Origin: an uncultured Oscillospiraceae bacterium
Lineage (GTDB): Bacteria > Bacillota > Clostridia > Christensenellales > QALW01
Reading direction: 5' to 3'
Assembly (NCBI GenBank): GCA_964492705.1
Contig: CAZBLS010000003.1
Location: 1-56,228 of the forward strand
Length of the DNA: 56,228 nt
Position numbers and translations under genes: made by a program. Positions 1-9,008 of the stretch are shown in pieces. Positions within the stretch are counted from its first letter, which is position 1, and every line of letters starts with the position of its first letter. The notes under the pieces are model-generated. The model was not told the DNA's origin. It was given only the letters and a program-made list of their open reading frames with translations, and made no database searches.

Positions 1-169
1 ATATAATATTTATTTCTAATAAGTTATAACCGATTTGTTTGGTGAAATAAGACCATTAGAAGAGTTTTATGCAACAGCATCGGATGTACAAATGACCGAA
101 AACGGTGACGGCATTTTTAATTAAAAGAGCATAATCCCAATTAGCCGTCTTTGAGTGGCGGAAGATAAT

Positions 170-203
170 AAAACCCTGTTTCGTTTGCGGAAACAGGGCT
201 TTT
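170..203. terminator. Bidirectional rho-independent terminator; ends the thioredoxin operon on the - strand
   Basis: 9-bp stem CCCTGTTTC (174-182) / GAAACAGGG (190-198). A-run upstream and T-run downstream, so it reads as hairpin plus U-tract on both strands. Confidence 0.7.
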
Positions 204-226
204 AGTATACTTTTCGTAAAACAGTA

Positions 227-526
227 TTAAATATTGAGTTCGTTGCAGAGGTCTTCTTTTTCCATATATCCGCTTGTTTTGGTAACAACTTCACCGTTTT
301 CAAACAGGATAAGTGTGGGAATGCTTACTATTCCAAAGCGTGATGCCAACTCCGGCTCGTCATCTACGTTGACTTTAACTATTTTTAAGTTGTGCTTTTC
401 GGCTGCAATCTCTTCTAAAACGGGAGCAAGCATACGGCAAGGACCGCACCAAGGTGCCCAAAAATCAACAAGTACGCTTCCTGCGGAAATTTCACTGTCA
501 AAATTATCTTTATTTGCGTTGAACAT
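227..526 (-). CDS. trxA: Thioredoxin
   Basis: 99 aa with the canonical WCGPC active site (FWAPWCGPCRMLAP) and thioredoxin-length fold. Starts 2 nt after the upstream ORF. Confidence 0.93.
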   Translation of the reverse strand: MFNANKDNFDSEISAGSVLVDFWAPWCGPCRMLAPVLEEIAAEKHNLKIVKVNVDDEPELASRFGIVSIPTLILFENGEVVTKTSGYMEKEDLCNELNI

Positions 527-528
527 AA

Positions 529-726
529 TTATTTCTCCTTATAATACAGCATACAGTGGCAGTAACCCTCGAAATCGGGATCGGCGATCTGTTCTCTGAA
601 TTCTTTGCACATACATTTTGTGTCATCGTTTTTTGCTATAACACAGGGGCAATATCCGCCCTTTTGTTTTAAACCCTCACGCACGTTGCGTACGAGTTCC
701 TTATCGGTATTAAGCCTGATCTTCAT
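529..726 (-). CDS. Small ferredoxin:thioredoxin-reductase catalytic-subunit-like Cys-rich protein
   Basis: 65 aa with CPC...CMC...CHCMLYY. This mirrors the FTR catalytic-chain CPC/CPC/CHC(MLF) cysteine pattern. It lies directly upstream of trxA in the same operon. Confidence 0.7.
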   Translation of the reverse strand: MKIRLNTDKELVRNVREGLKQKGGYCPCVIAKNDDTKCMCKEFREQIADPDFEGYCHCMLYYKEK

Positions 727-1258
727 TTAATTCTCCGTCTTCGGACTCTTCAAACTCATTTTCGCCGTCTCCGTCGGTATCTTCTCCGTCGGTATCATCA
801 ACTTCGCCGTCTTCGTTAAAGTACATATCGTATTCGTCTTCATCAAGTTCGTTTTCAAGAAGTTTAAGTCCTGTTTTTTCACTGAGTTCTTCGATTATCT
901 CATCCATACGGCTTTCACAGGCTTCCTGAGTCCACTCTTCTTCGGATTCGTCCTGTTCTTTGTTCAATTGCTTTAAAGCCAAATATAAAAGCAGATAACT
1001 GTCTTTTTCGTCACCGGGCTTTGCGCTTATCCACTGCTTACGGTACATTTCAAGATTGGGGTCGGTCGAACGCACATCAAAATCTTCCTGTGTAAGAAGA
1101 CCGTGGAAGTTACCGAAAGTTTCACGGGTATCTAAATCCGCAATGTCTTTATTCTTTTCGCTTATAACCGAAGAAACTATAAGCGCAATGATTCCTATAA
1201 TCACTAAAATTACAACAGTAACTGCCCAAATTGAAACCTGAACACCGAAAATTATCAT
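710..1258 (-). CDS. Hypothetical membrane-anchored protein with a highly acidic C-terminal tail
   Basis: 182 aa with an N-terminal TM helix (VSIWAVTVVILVIIGIIALIV) and a D/E-rich tail (DDTDGEDTDGDGENEFEESEDGE). Overlaps the next ORF start by 17 nt. Confidence 0.6.
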   Translation of the reverse strand: MIIFGVQVSIWAVTVVILVIIGIIALIVSSVISEKNKDIADLDTRETFGNFHGLLTQEDFDVRSTDPNLEMYRKQWISAKPGDEKDSYLLLYLALKQLNKEQDESEEEWTQEACESRMDEIIEELSEKTGLKLLENELDEDEYDMYFNEDGEVDDTDGEDTDGDGENEFEESEDGELNEDQA

Positions 1259-1326
1259 AAAAAATTCCTCCTAATATAAGTACGTTAATATTATACCAAA
1301 AAAATTCCGTTTTGCAAATATATTTG

Positions 1327-1355
1327 TTGAAATTTACCCGTTTAAATGGTATAAT
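1327..1355 (+). promoter_or_regulatory. Sigma-A type promoter for the small ORF and recG
   Basis: TTGAAA (1327-1332), 17-nt spacer, TGgTATAAT with -10 at 1350-1355 (extended -10). Confidence 0.6.
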
Positions 1356-1386
1356 TATAATAATTAAGGGGATAAAAGGAGTTCAT

Positions 1387-1593
1387 ATGAAAAATCTTGC
1401 TCTTTTGGCGGATAAATTTATTCCGTATTTTGTAAAAACTGCCCATTTAGAGGGTGAGGAAACTTCAAGCGGTGTTATTGACGGACTTAATTCGGATATA
1501 ATTATCGCAAATTGGTATAAAATAGTTCTTGTTGCAGTGGCAGTGGGTTGCATTGCAGGACTGATTTATTCTAACTTTATAAGGAAAAAATGA
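1387..1593 (+). CDS. Hypothetical small protein with a C-terminal TM helix
   Basis: ORF-track ORF 1312..1593 trimmed to the ATG at 1387, preceded by AAAGGAG. 68 aa. Its stop overlaps the recG start (ATGA). Confidence 0.55.
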   Translation: MKNLALLADKFIPYFVKTAHLEGEETSSGVIDGLNSDIIIANWYKIVLVAVAVGCIAGLIYSNFIRKK

Positions 1594-3599
1594 GACTTGA
1601 AGAATTAAAAGGAATAGGCGAAAAAAAACGGGAAGCGCTTAATAAACTCGGTATATTTTCCGCAGAAGACTTAATTTCGTTTTTGCCCGTAAGATATAGG
1701 GATTTGACAAAAGTGTCCTATATCGGCGCATCGCAGGTGGACGTTCCATTGCTATTTAAACTGCGAATAACTCAAAAACCTACCGTTCGCTATCCGAGGA
1801 AAAATTTTTCCGTAGTCACCTGCACTGCGGAAGATATTTCGGGAAGTGTGGAGGTCGTTTGGTTCAATCAGCCTTATATCGCAAAGCAGATCGAATTCGG
1901 AAGCGAGGTTTTCCTTTACGGTGCAGTGGAAATAAAACAAGGGCGTCACAGACTGATGAATCCCACCGTGGAACAGGAAAGCGAACTAGCGCTTGTACCG
2001 GTTTACAGGCTCGGCACATCCGCAATAAGCCAAAAGAATATGCGTAGTATTATGCGCTGTGCGGTTGATCTTTTTTCCGAAAAGGAAGAGGAAGTCTTTG
2101 ATGATGCAATGCGCATAAAGTATTCTCTTTGCGGTAGAAAATATGCGGTGGAAAATATTCATTTTCCCGAAAGCGAAAATGCACTTACCCTTGCAAGGCG
2201 CAGGCTTTCCTTTGAGGAACTGTTGCGCATTCGCATTTTTATCAAGTTACATAGGGATGAAAACCAAAAAGAGGCAGGAAAGGTTTTTAATACCGAAATA
2301 AGCGGTTCTTTTTTGGAAAATTTGCCCTATGAACTGACGGGCGCACAGAAGAGAGCGCTTGATGAGATTAAGTGCGATTTGCGCTCCGGTAAGGCAATGA
2401 ACAGGCTTGTGCAGGGGGATGTTGGTTGCGGAAAAACCGTTGTAGCGGTGGTTGCAATGGAACTTGCCGTAAAAAACGGGGGACAGGCGGCATTGATGGC
2501 GCCTACCGATATTTTGGCAAGACAGCATTATGAGTATTTAAAAAGTCTTTTTGGGGAAGAAACGGTGGCGTTTCTGTCAAGCGGACTTACTGCTCAAAAG
2601 CGCAGAGAAACTTTGGAAAAAATCAAAAACGGAAGCGCAAAATATATTATCGGCACAAATGCCCTTGTACAGGAAAAAGTGGAGTATGATAATCTGCTTT
2701 TGGCAGTGTGCGACGAACAGCATAGGTTCGGCGTAACGCAAAGGGCAAGGCTTTCCGCAAAGGGAAATTCGCCACATATTCTCGTAATGTCGGCAACGCC
2801 GATACCGAGAACGCTTTCACTTATCGTGTTCGGTGACCTTGATATTTCACTTATCGACGAACTCCCCGCAGGCAGAAAAAAAGTTGCCACATCGGTTATT
2901 CCGATAAAACGAGAGCAGGATATGCTTAATTATATTCACGGCGAACTGCTTTCGGGCAGACAGGCGTATTTTGTTTGTCCTCATATAGAAGAGAATGAAG
3001 AAGACAGTACCGAATCTGCCGAGGGTCTTTTCAAAAGGCTGACAGAGGGCATTTTTGCCGACGTTCCCATTGCGCTTATGCACGGGCGTATGGATGCACA
3101 GGAGAAAAAAGACGTTATGGAGCGTTTTGAAAAAAATGAGATCAAGGCGCTGATATCCACTACGGTAATCGAGGTGGGTATAAATGTTAAAAATGCATCG
3201 ATAATGGTCATTTACGGAAGTGACAGGTTCGGGCTTGCTCAATTACATCAGTTGCGAGGCAGAGTGGGCAGAGGAAATTTAAAATCCTACTGTTTCCTTT
3301 TAACGCAATCGTCAAACCCAAATACTTTGGAACGACTTAAAATTATGACCGCTCACAGCAACGGTTTCGATATTGCCCAATACGATTACGAATTGCGCGG
3401 ACCGGGCGATTATATAGGAAAAAGGCAAAGCGGAATTCCCGAAGCACGGTTTTCCTATGCGCTGTCAAACACATCGCTTTTAAAGGAAACGGAAAAGGTT
3501 GCGGAAGAAGTTTTTGCTGATCCGACGAGATTTGAAAAACTTATAAGTTCGGTAAATGAAACGGTTATAAGCGAAAACGAAGAAATTGCATACAACTGA
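1590..3599 (+). CDS. recG: ATP-dependent DNA helicase RecG
   Basis: 669 aa. Walker A GDVGCGKT, DEQHRFG motif II, and RecG wedge/helicase architecture and length. Confidence 0.95.
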   Translation: MRLEELKGIGEKKREALNKLGIFSAEDLISFLPVRYRDLTKVSYIGASQVDVPLLFKLRITQKPTVRYPRKNFSVVTCTAEDISGSVEVVWFNQPYIAKQIEFGSEVFLYGAVEIKQGRHRLMNPTVEQESELALVPVYRLGTSAISQKNMRSIMRCAVDLFSEKEEEVFDDAMRIKYSLCGRKYAVENIHFPESENALTLARRRLSFEELLRIRIFIKLHRDENQKEAGKVFNTEISGSFLENLPYELTGAQKRALDEIKCDLRSGKAMNRLVQGDVGCGKTVVAVVAMELAVKNGGQAALMAPTDILARQHYEYLKSLFGEETVAFLSSGLTAQKRRETLEKIKNGSAKYIIGTNALVQEKVEYDNLLLAVCDEQHRFGVTQRARLSAKGNSPHILVMSATPIPRTLSLIVFGDLDISLIDELPAGRKKVATSVIPIKREQDMLNYIHGELLSGRQAYFVCPHIEENEEDSTESAEGLFKRLTEGIFADVPIALMHGRMDAQEKKDVMERFEKNEIKALISTTVIEVGINVKNASIMVIYGSDRFGLAQLHQLRGRVGRGNLKSYCFLLTQSSNPNTLERLKIMTAHSNGFDIAQYDYELRGPGDYIGKRQSGIPEARFSYALSNTSLLKETEKVAEEVFADPTRFEKLISSVNETVISENEEIAYN

Positions 3600-3661
3600 A
3601 AAAATGCGTATATTATTTCACTTTTAGGTAAGAATAATTACAGAACCGAAAGGGAGGTGAA

Positions 3662-3844
3662 ATGAATATGGCAAAGACAGATGCTAAAAACGCTCTTGAA
3701 AATATGAAGTACGAAGTTGCAAACAGCCTCGGCGTCAATATGAAAAAGGGCTATAACGGAGACCTTTCTTCAAAGGACAACGGCCGTGTAGGCGGTGAGA
3801 TGGTCCGCAGAATGGTTGAACAGTACGAACAGAACAACAAATAA
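3662..3844 (+). CDS. Alpha/beta-type small acid-soluble spore protein
   Basis: 60 aa with SASP signatures KYEVANSLGV and GGEMVRRMV. GGGAGGTG SD; the start may be the second ATG at 3668. Upstream GTATA-N14-GGTAAGAATA (3608-3636) resembles a forespore sigma-F/G type promoter. Confidence 0.9.
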   Translation: MNMAKTDAKNALENMKYEVANSLGVNMKKGYNGDLSSKDNGRVGGEMVRRMVEQYEQNNK

Positions 3845-3856
3845 CTGTTGAAAATA

Positions 3857-3893
3857 AAGCAGTTGGGAAAAATTTTTCCATCTGCTTTGTTTA
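3857..3893 (+). terminator. Intrinsic terminator after the SASP gene
   Basis: AAGCAGTTGG / CCATCTGCTT stem with one mismatch, followed by a T-rich stretch. Confidence 0.6.
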
Positions 3894-3905
3894 CATAAAA
3901 ATTAA

Positions 3906-3937
3906 AACACCCCGAAAAAGTTTGATTTCGGGGTGTT
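3906..3937 (-). terminator. Intrinsic terminator after the tandem paralog pair (- strand)
   Basis: 12-bp stem AACACCCCGAAA / TTTCGGGGTGTT. On the - strand it is followed by TTTAATTTTT. Confidence 0.7.
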
Positions 3938-3949
3938 AAATTGCGGAAT

Positions 3950-4870
3950 TTAATCTGCCATTGACAGGAACATCCTCTTTGCTTCCGATTTAAGAGCAAT
4001 CTCCATTGCATTTACCGTGGGTAAAAATGGTGAAGCCATAAGACCTATGGTATTCTTTTGCGCTTTCGCAACTTCATAAAATACGGGTGAAAAATCGGAA
4101 GTTGCTCTGTTTAAAGAAGCGATAACGGGATTTTCCAATTCGAAAATGCCGTCATAGAGTTTCTGACTGTCACTGCGTTTGTCTCTGCCGAAGAAATCGG
4201 ATTTTGTGCAGTAAACGCCGGAATAATATGCATCGACGATCACGTCTTTGCCGAATACCCAACGGAAAACTTCGGGTTCACGTGTGAAAAATTCGGCTGA
4301 TACAATGGGCTGTGCGGAATTTTTCCTGCACGCATCAAGCATAACGTCAACGTCACGCTTAAAAGATTTCGCCCCTCTTGTTATGATCATACCGTAGTAC
4401 TGCTGATATTCGTTATACTCGTCACCCAATCCCAAATGGAAATACTTGGGATGATGGAATATCTCGCAAACTTCGTCAATAAGTTTTACGGTAAGTTCGT
4501 TGTAATCGCTTGAAGAAAGCATATAGGAATAATCGCCGAGCCATACGTCGTGAGCGGCGGAAAAATCAAGTTTCGGGATTACTTCCAAGCCTTTGTTCTT
4601 TATTTTTTGTACGGTCTCACTCATCTTCTCGGGAAGAAGCGAACCCTTAACGCCGATTTCGGGAGCACAGGCGTACTTGATACTTTCGGCAAGTTCAAGT
4701 ACTACGGCATTGTAACCTAAATCCGCAATATAGGATGTAATGCGGTCAAGTACGTCTTCGTCAAAAAGGAGAAAATCTCTTTCTTTTTGGTCATATTCGC
4801 CCAATTTCAGAGGGCAGTATTTATCGTACCACATATTGTAGCCGACACATAAATCGAATATTTTAAGCAT
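3950..4870 (-). CDS. Hypothetical protein, possible TIM-barrel glycoside-hydrolase-like enzyme (paralog 2)
   Basis: 306 aa, clearly homologous to the upstream ORF (KLDFSAAHDVWLGDYSYMLSS...LIDEVCEIF...YFHLGLGDE). The H-x-G-x-(G)DE block is reminiscent of the GH20 HxGGDE motif. Function is uncertain. Confidence 0.7.
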   Translation of the reverse strand: MLKIFDLCVGYNMWYDKYCPLKLGEYDQKERDFLLFDEDVLDRITSYIADLGYNAVVLELAESIKYACAPEIGVKGSLLPEKMSETVQKIKNKGLEVIPKLDFSAAHDVWLGDYSYMLSSSDYNELTVKLIDEVCEIFHHPKYFHLGLGDEYNEYQQYYGMIITRGAKSFKRDVDVMLDACRKNSAQPIVSAEFFTREPEVFRWVFGKDVIVDAYYSGVYCTKSDFFGRDKRSDSQKLYDGIFELENPVIASLNRATSDFSPVFYEVAKAQKNTIGLMASPFLPTVNAMEIALKSEAKRMFLSMAD

Positions 4871-4871
4871 T

Positions 4872-5822
4872 TTAGTTCTCCTTTCCGAAATACTTATTCA
4901 AGGCACTGTCAAGCATATACAGGTCGTTTTGAATAAGTTCAACGTTAGCCTCTATGGTAGGATACCAAGGTGCAGTCATATAACCCAAAAGATTTTCTTT
5001 TTTAACCGTATCTTTAAAGTGCTCAACTACGTCATCGGGAGAACAGTAACTGTCGCAGCAGGAAACAGCGGGAATTATTTGGAAATTTAAGCGGTCAAGC
5101 AATTCCACGCCTTTGAAAACGTCCTGATGATAATCGGGAAGAAGTTGAGGATTGCGTGTTCTGAAATATGACCAAGGGGAATATATGGGGTCTTTTGAAG
5201 CGTTTTTAACGAATTCTTCCGGATAGAAACGGGCAAAACCCTCCCACATCCACGGACGCACGCCGTTTTTGTCACAGCAGGAAAAATAGAACTTCATATC
5301 GTTCCAATACAGGTCGAAACGGCGGACGCAGGTTATTCCGAAACCGTTTTGCATATGTTTTTCGCGGTAACTTTCTTCGTCCAGACCCAAATGGAGATAT
5401 TCGGGCTTGAAAAGTTCGCAAACCTCGTCAATAAGGTCGGCAACAACTTTGTAATAGGCAGGGGACGATACCATAAACGAATATTTTCCGAGCCAAGCAT
5501 CGTGCTGTGTGGAAAAATTGAGTTTGGGTACAACTTTTATACCCATTGCGTTTATTTTTTTGATTTCGGTGAGCATTTCCTCTTTGCTCCAAGCGTTTGC
5601 GTCTGCAATCTCGGGGTGTGATTCATACTTCAAACCGTCTGCCACGTCAATAATAAGAGTGTCTATGCCGTAGGTGGGAAGCATTGCGATTACTTTATCC
5701 CAAGCACTTTTTTGGCAAAATCTCTTTCTGTATGTGTAAGGATTTTCAAGACCTAAAAACATATCGGCATCTTCATCAGCCCACATATTGGCACTTAAAT
5801 GTATCAAGTAAGAGCGTATCAT
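4872..5822 (-). CDS. Hypothetical protein, possible TIM-barrel glycoside-hydrolase-like enzyme (paralog 1)
   Basis: Trimmed to the ATG at 5822 behind AAAGGAG (316 aa). KLNFSTQHDAWLGKYSFMVSS...LIDEVCELF...YLHLGLDEE. Its stop lies 1 nt from the downstream start, whose SD is inside this gene. Confidence 0.7.
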   Translation of the reverse strand: MIRSYLIHLSANMWADEDADMFLGLENPYTYRKRFCQKSAWDKVIAMLPTYGIDTLIIDVADGLKYESHPEIADANAWSKEEMLTEIKKINAMGIKVVPKLNFSTQHDAWLGKYSFMVSSPAYYKVVADLIDEVCELFKPEYLHLGLDEESYREKHMQNGFGITCVRRFDLYWNDMKFYFSCCDKNGVRPWMWEGFARFYPEEFVKNASKDPIYSPWSYFRTRNPQLLPDYHQDVFKGVELLDRLNFQIIPAVSCCDSYCSPDDVVEHFKDTVKKENLLGYMTAPWYPTIEANVELIQNDLYMLDSALNKYFGKEN

Positions 5823-5887
5823 AAAATTCTCCTTTGTTAAATTTACGTTTATTTTATCATAAATACCGGTTGTAGGCAATCTTTTTT

Positions 5888-6946
5888 TCAGATTTTGAGT
5901 AAGCAGGGAGAAAAATCTTCTTTACCCGTAAAATCCTTGCTCTTTATTCCGTAAACAAGAGAAGCACGAAGGTTTATTTCGCTTGAAATTACGGTAGAAG
6001 AAGAAAAATTTTCCGTATCAAGAGGCGAAACGTAAAAGTTTTTGAGCTTTGAAAGTAACTCGGTTCTGTCTTTTCTTACGGCAAGAAGTTTTAATGCCGG
6101 GGGATCTTCCTTTAAACATTTTAAATGTTCTTTTTTTATGCCTAAAAGGGAGCAGAAAAGTATACGGCTGATACGGGAATAGGTATAACGCTTGCTTTTT
6201 ACCGCTTTAATATAACCGTCCAAATTTTCGGCAGACGTAATTTCTTTTTTTAATTTGTATTCAAGACCCTCGTTGACACCGCAGATTTCTTTCAGTTCGC
6301 TGACATCTTTTGTTGAAATACAGTATTTTATCAAGTCAAAAAAATCCTCGGGGAACAGAGGGGAGGCAGAACAGAGCAAACCGTTGCAATCCGAATTTTC
6401 TTTTATTCTTTCACGCAACTGACTTGCGCTCAAATATGAATTTTGACGTTTTAGAATACGGTAATCAAGTGGAAGACCGTATTTTTTTATCGCTTTTATA
6501 TATTCGTGTCCGAGCATTGCGTTGGGCTGACCGTGAAAAACGTCAAGAGCGTTGCCGTAAGAAATACCCGATGAAATATCGGCAGTAAAATCGGAATTTT
6601 CGGTATTTTCTTCCAAAAGTGAAATGTTATCGCATTCGCTGCCGAAAAAAACAAAGTCACAGCCTATTTTTGAGGCGGAAAGCACCGCACCTGCGGCAAA
6701 GTGTTCAGCCGATTGAAGAGCAAATGCTTGGGGGAGTTCAAATACGGCATCGGCACCTTGCATAATTGCACTTTCGGCACGCTTGAACTTATTGAAGATC
6801 GCATTTTCACCGCGCTGAACAAAACTTCCGCTCATAATGCACACAACGGCGTCGCTGATTTTGCGAGCCTCGTTTATTTGATAGGCGTGTCCGCTATGTA
6901 AAGGGTTGTATTCGCAAATAATTCCGCAGATTTTTATATTGATCAC
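5888..6946 (-). CDS. tmcAL: tRNA(Met) cytidine acetate ligase (YlbM/UPF0348 nucleotidyltransferase family)
   Basis: N-terminus GIICEYNPLHSGHAYQ...VCIMSGSFVQRGE matches B. subtilis YlbM/TmcAL (VVEYNPFHNGH...MSGHFLQRGE). GTG start with a weak SD. Confidence 0.85.
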   Translation of the reverse strand: MINIKICGIICEYNPLHSGHAYQINEARKISDAVVCIMSGSFVQRGENAIFNKFKRAESAIMQGADAVFELPQAFALQSAEHFAAGAVLSASKIGCDFVFFGSECDNISLLEENTENSDFTADISSGISYGNALDVFHGQPNAMLGHEYIKAIKKYGLPLDYRILKRQNSYLSASQLRERIKENSDCNGLLCSASPLFPEDFFDLIKYCISTKDVSELKEICGVNEGLEYKLKKEITSAENLDGYIKAVKSKRYTYSRISRILFCSLLGIKKEHLKCLKEDPPALKLLAVRKDRTELLSKLKNFYVSPLDTENFSSSTVISSEINLRASLVYGIKSKDFTGKEDFSPCLLKI

Positions 6947-7054
6947 CTTTTTTTATTTACTTATCACCGAAAACGTGATATAATACATATAGTTTGTATA
7001 TTATATCATACAAAAAACGGAAAAGCAAAATAATTTTTAACGGAGGATCTAAAA

Positions 7055-8248
7055 ATGAAAGTATTGGTTATCAATGCGGGATCAAGTTCACTTAAATATC
7101 AGCTCATTGATATGGAAAATGAATCTGTAATAGCAAAGGGTGCTATTGACAGAATAGGTATCAGCGGTTCGAAACTTAAACATACCGCCAACGGCGAAAC
7201 TACCGTTATCGAAAAAGATATGAAAAATCACGAGGATGCGATACAACTTGTGCTTTCCTCACTTACGGATGAGAAGATCGGCGTTATTTCTTCAATGGAC
7301 GAAATCGGCGCAGTAGGACACAGAGTAGTTCACGGCGGAGATAAATTTGCCTGTTCGGTTAAACTTACCGATGAAGTTATTGAAATGATGCAGAGCCTCA
7401 TCGACCTTGCACCTCTTCACAATCCCGCAAACTTGCAGGGTATTGCCGCTTGTAAGGCAGTTATGCCCAACACTCCTATGGTTGGCGTATTCGATACAGC
7501 ATTCCACCAGACAATGCCGGCTTCAAGTTATATCTACGGTCTTCCCTATGAGGCATATACGGAACATAAGGTAAGAAGATACGGTTTCCATGGTTCAAGC
7601 CACCGTTACGTTTCTGCAAGATGTGCTGAAATCTTGGGTAAAGACCCCAAGGATCTTAAAATAGTTTCCTGTCACTTGGGCAACGGTTCGAGTATCGCCG
7701 CAGTTGACGGCGGAAAATGCCTTGATACGTCAATGGGACTTACTCCTATCGAGGGTCTTCCCATGGGTACACGTTGCGGTAATATCGACCCTGCTATTAT
7801 CCGTTTCCTTATGAATAAGTACAATATGAATATTGACGAAATGGATACTTATCTTAATAAACAGAGCGGTATGCTGGGCATTTCGGGCGTATCAAGCGAT
7901 TTCAGAGACCTTACCGCCGCAGCGGATTCGGGTAATGAAAGAGCAAAACTCGCACTTGACATCTTCACATATAACGTTAAAAAGTTCATCGGAGCTTATG
8001 CGGCCGCTATGGGCGGGGTAGATGCTGTTGTATTCACAGCCGGCGTAGGCGAAAACGACGAACGTGTCCGTTTTGATTCCTGCAATGGTCTTGAATTCTT
8101 GGGAATTGAGATTGACAGCGAGAAAAATGACGTTCACGGCAAGGAAGCCGTAATCTCCACCGACAACTCAAAAGTTAAGGTTCTTGTTATTCCCACCAAT
8201 GAAGAACTCGTTATCGCCAGAGATACTGCCGAACTTGCAAAAAAGTAA
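7055..8248 (+). CDS. ackA: Acetate kinase
   Basis: 397 aa. [16 protein letters not shown]-terminus, HRVVHGG, FHGSSH. GGAGG SD upstream. Confidence 0.97.
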   Translation: MKVLVINAGSSSLKYQLIDMENESVIAKGAIDRIGISGSKLKHTANGETTVIEKDMKNHEDAIQLVLSSLTDEKIGVISSMDEIGAVGHRVVHGGDKFACSVKLTDEVIEMMQSLIDLAPLHNPANLQGIAACKAVMPNTPMVGVFDTAFHQTMPASSYIYGLPYEAYTEHKVRRYGFHGSSHRYVSARCAEILGKDPKDLKIVSCHLGNGSSIAAVDGGKCLDTSMGLTPIEGLPMGTRCGNIDPAIIRFLMNKYNMNIDEMDTYLNKQSGMLGISGVSSDFRDLTAAADSGNERAKLALDIFTYNVKKFIGAYAAAMGGVDAVVFTAGVGENDERVRFDSCNGLEFLGIEIDSEKNDVHGKEAVISTDNSKVKVLVIPTNEELVIARDTAELAKK

Positions 8249-8277
8249 TTGACAAAGTTGTAAGTCAAGAGTATAAT
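8249..8277 (+). promoter_or_regulatory. Consensus sigma-A promoter for yceD-rpmF
   Basis: TTGACA (8249-8254), 17 nt, TATAAT (8272-8277). Begins immediately after the ackA stop codon. Confidence 0.7.
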
Positions 8278-8291
8278 ATCAAAGGTTTAGT

Positions 8292-8774
8292 ATGATTATT
8301 TCGGTTAAAGATGCCCTGCGTAATGAGGGCGAAAGATATGATATTAAATTTGAAACTTCTCTTGAACCCGTTGATTATATGGGTAAGGTGGAGTTTGAAA
8401 CGGTTAAAGTCGACGGATTTTACTTTGCGCAGGGTGCAAATATCCGTGTTATAGGTAAAACGGAAGCGGAATGTATTTTCGAATGCGACCGTTGCTTGCA
8501 ACCTTTTAAAAGAAAACTGTTGCTTGATTTTGACCAAACCTATTCTTCCGAGAGTGAAGAAGAAATGTATCGGTTACAGAAAAACGATACCGTTGATATT
8601 CAACCGCTGATAAACGATATAGTTATTTCCTCTCTTCCTATTGAGCGTTTGTGCAAGGAAGACTGTAAAGGGCTGTGTCCTCACTGCGGTATTGATAAAA
8701 ATTTTTCATCTTGTTCCTGTGAGTCAACGGAAAAGGATAACCCTTTTGCCGTACTCAAAGGACTTGTGGACTAA
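8292..8774 (+). CDS. yceD: YceD/DUF177 family protein (large-subunit rRNA accumulation protein)
   Basis: 160 aa with CDRCLQPF and C-terminal CKEDCKGLCPHCGIDKN Cys clusters. Conserved position directly upstream of rpmF. Confidence 0.85.
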   Translation: MIISVKDALRNEGERYDIKFETSLEPVDYMGKVEFETVKVDGFYFAQGANIRVIGKTEAECIFECDRCLQPFKRKLLLDFDQTYSSESEEEMYRLQKNDTVDIQPLINDIVISSLPIERLCKEDCKGLCPHCGIDKNFSSCSCESTEKDNPFAVLKGLVD

Positions 8775-8786
8775 GGAGGTGTTCAC

Positions 8787-8975
8787 ATGGGAGCAATTGC
8801 ACCTAAACGCAAAATTTCAAGAGCAAGACGTGATTCAAGGCGTGCTAATTGGAAGTTGTCTCTTCCCGGCATCGTTGAGTGCCCTCAGTGCAAGGCAAAG
8901 AAACTCGCTCACAGAATGTGCAAGGCTTGCGGTTATTATGACGGCAAGCAGATCGTTGTTAAAGACGAGCAGTAA
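8787..8975 (+). CDS. rpmF: 50S ribosomal protein L32
   Basis: 62 aa, AIAPKRKISRARRDSRRANWK...CPQCKAKKLAHRMCKACGYY. AGGAGG SD. Confidence 0.95.
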   Translation: MGAIAPKRKISRARRDSRRANWKLSLPGIVECPQCKAKKLAHRMCKACGYYDGKQIVVKDEQ

Positions 8976-8980
8976 TTAAA

Positions 8981-9008
8981 ATACCTGCCGATTTCGGCAG
9001 GTATTTTT
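8981..9008 (+). terminator. Intrinsic terminator after rpmF
   Basis: 10-bp perfect stem ATACCTGCCG / CGGCAGGTAT, 4-nt loop, then TTTTT. Confidence 0.85.

Noticed and set aside
1-124. Possible 3' end of a + strand gene entering the window
   Set aside because: The frame ending at the TAA at 122-124 is closed by stops at 17-22, leaving fewer than 35 codons. It is not a truncated gene, so I treat it as intergenic.
6995-7015. Near-palindrome TGTATATTATATCATACA upstream of ackA as a CcpA cre site
   Set aside because: Only the outer TGTAT/ATACA arms pair, and the centre lacks the CG core of the cre consensus. It is AT-rich promoter DNA where such partial symmetry is common.
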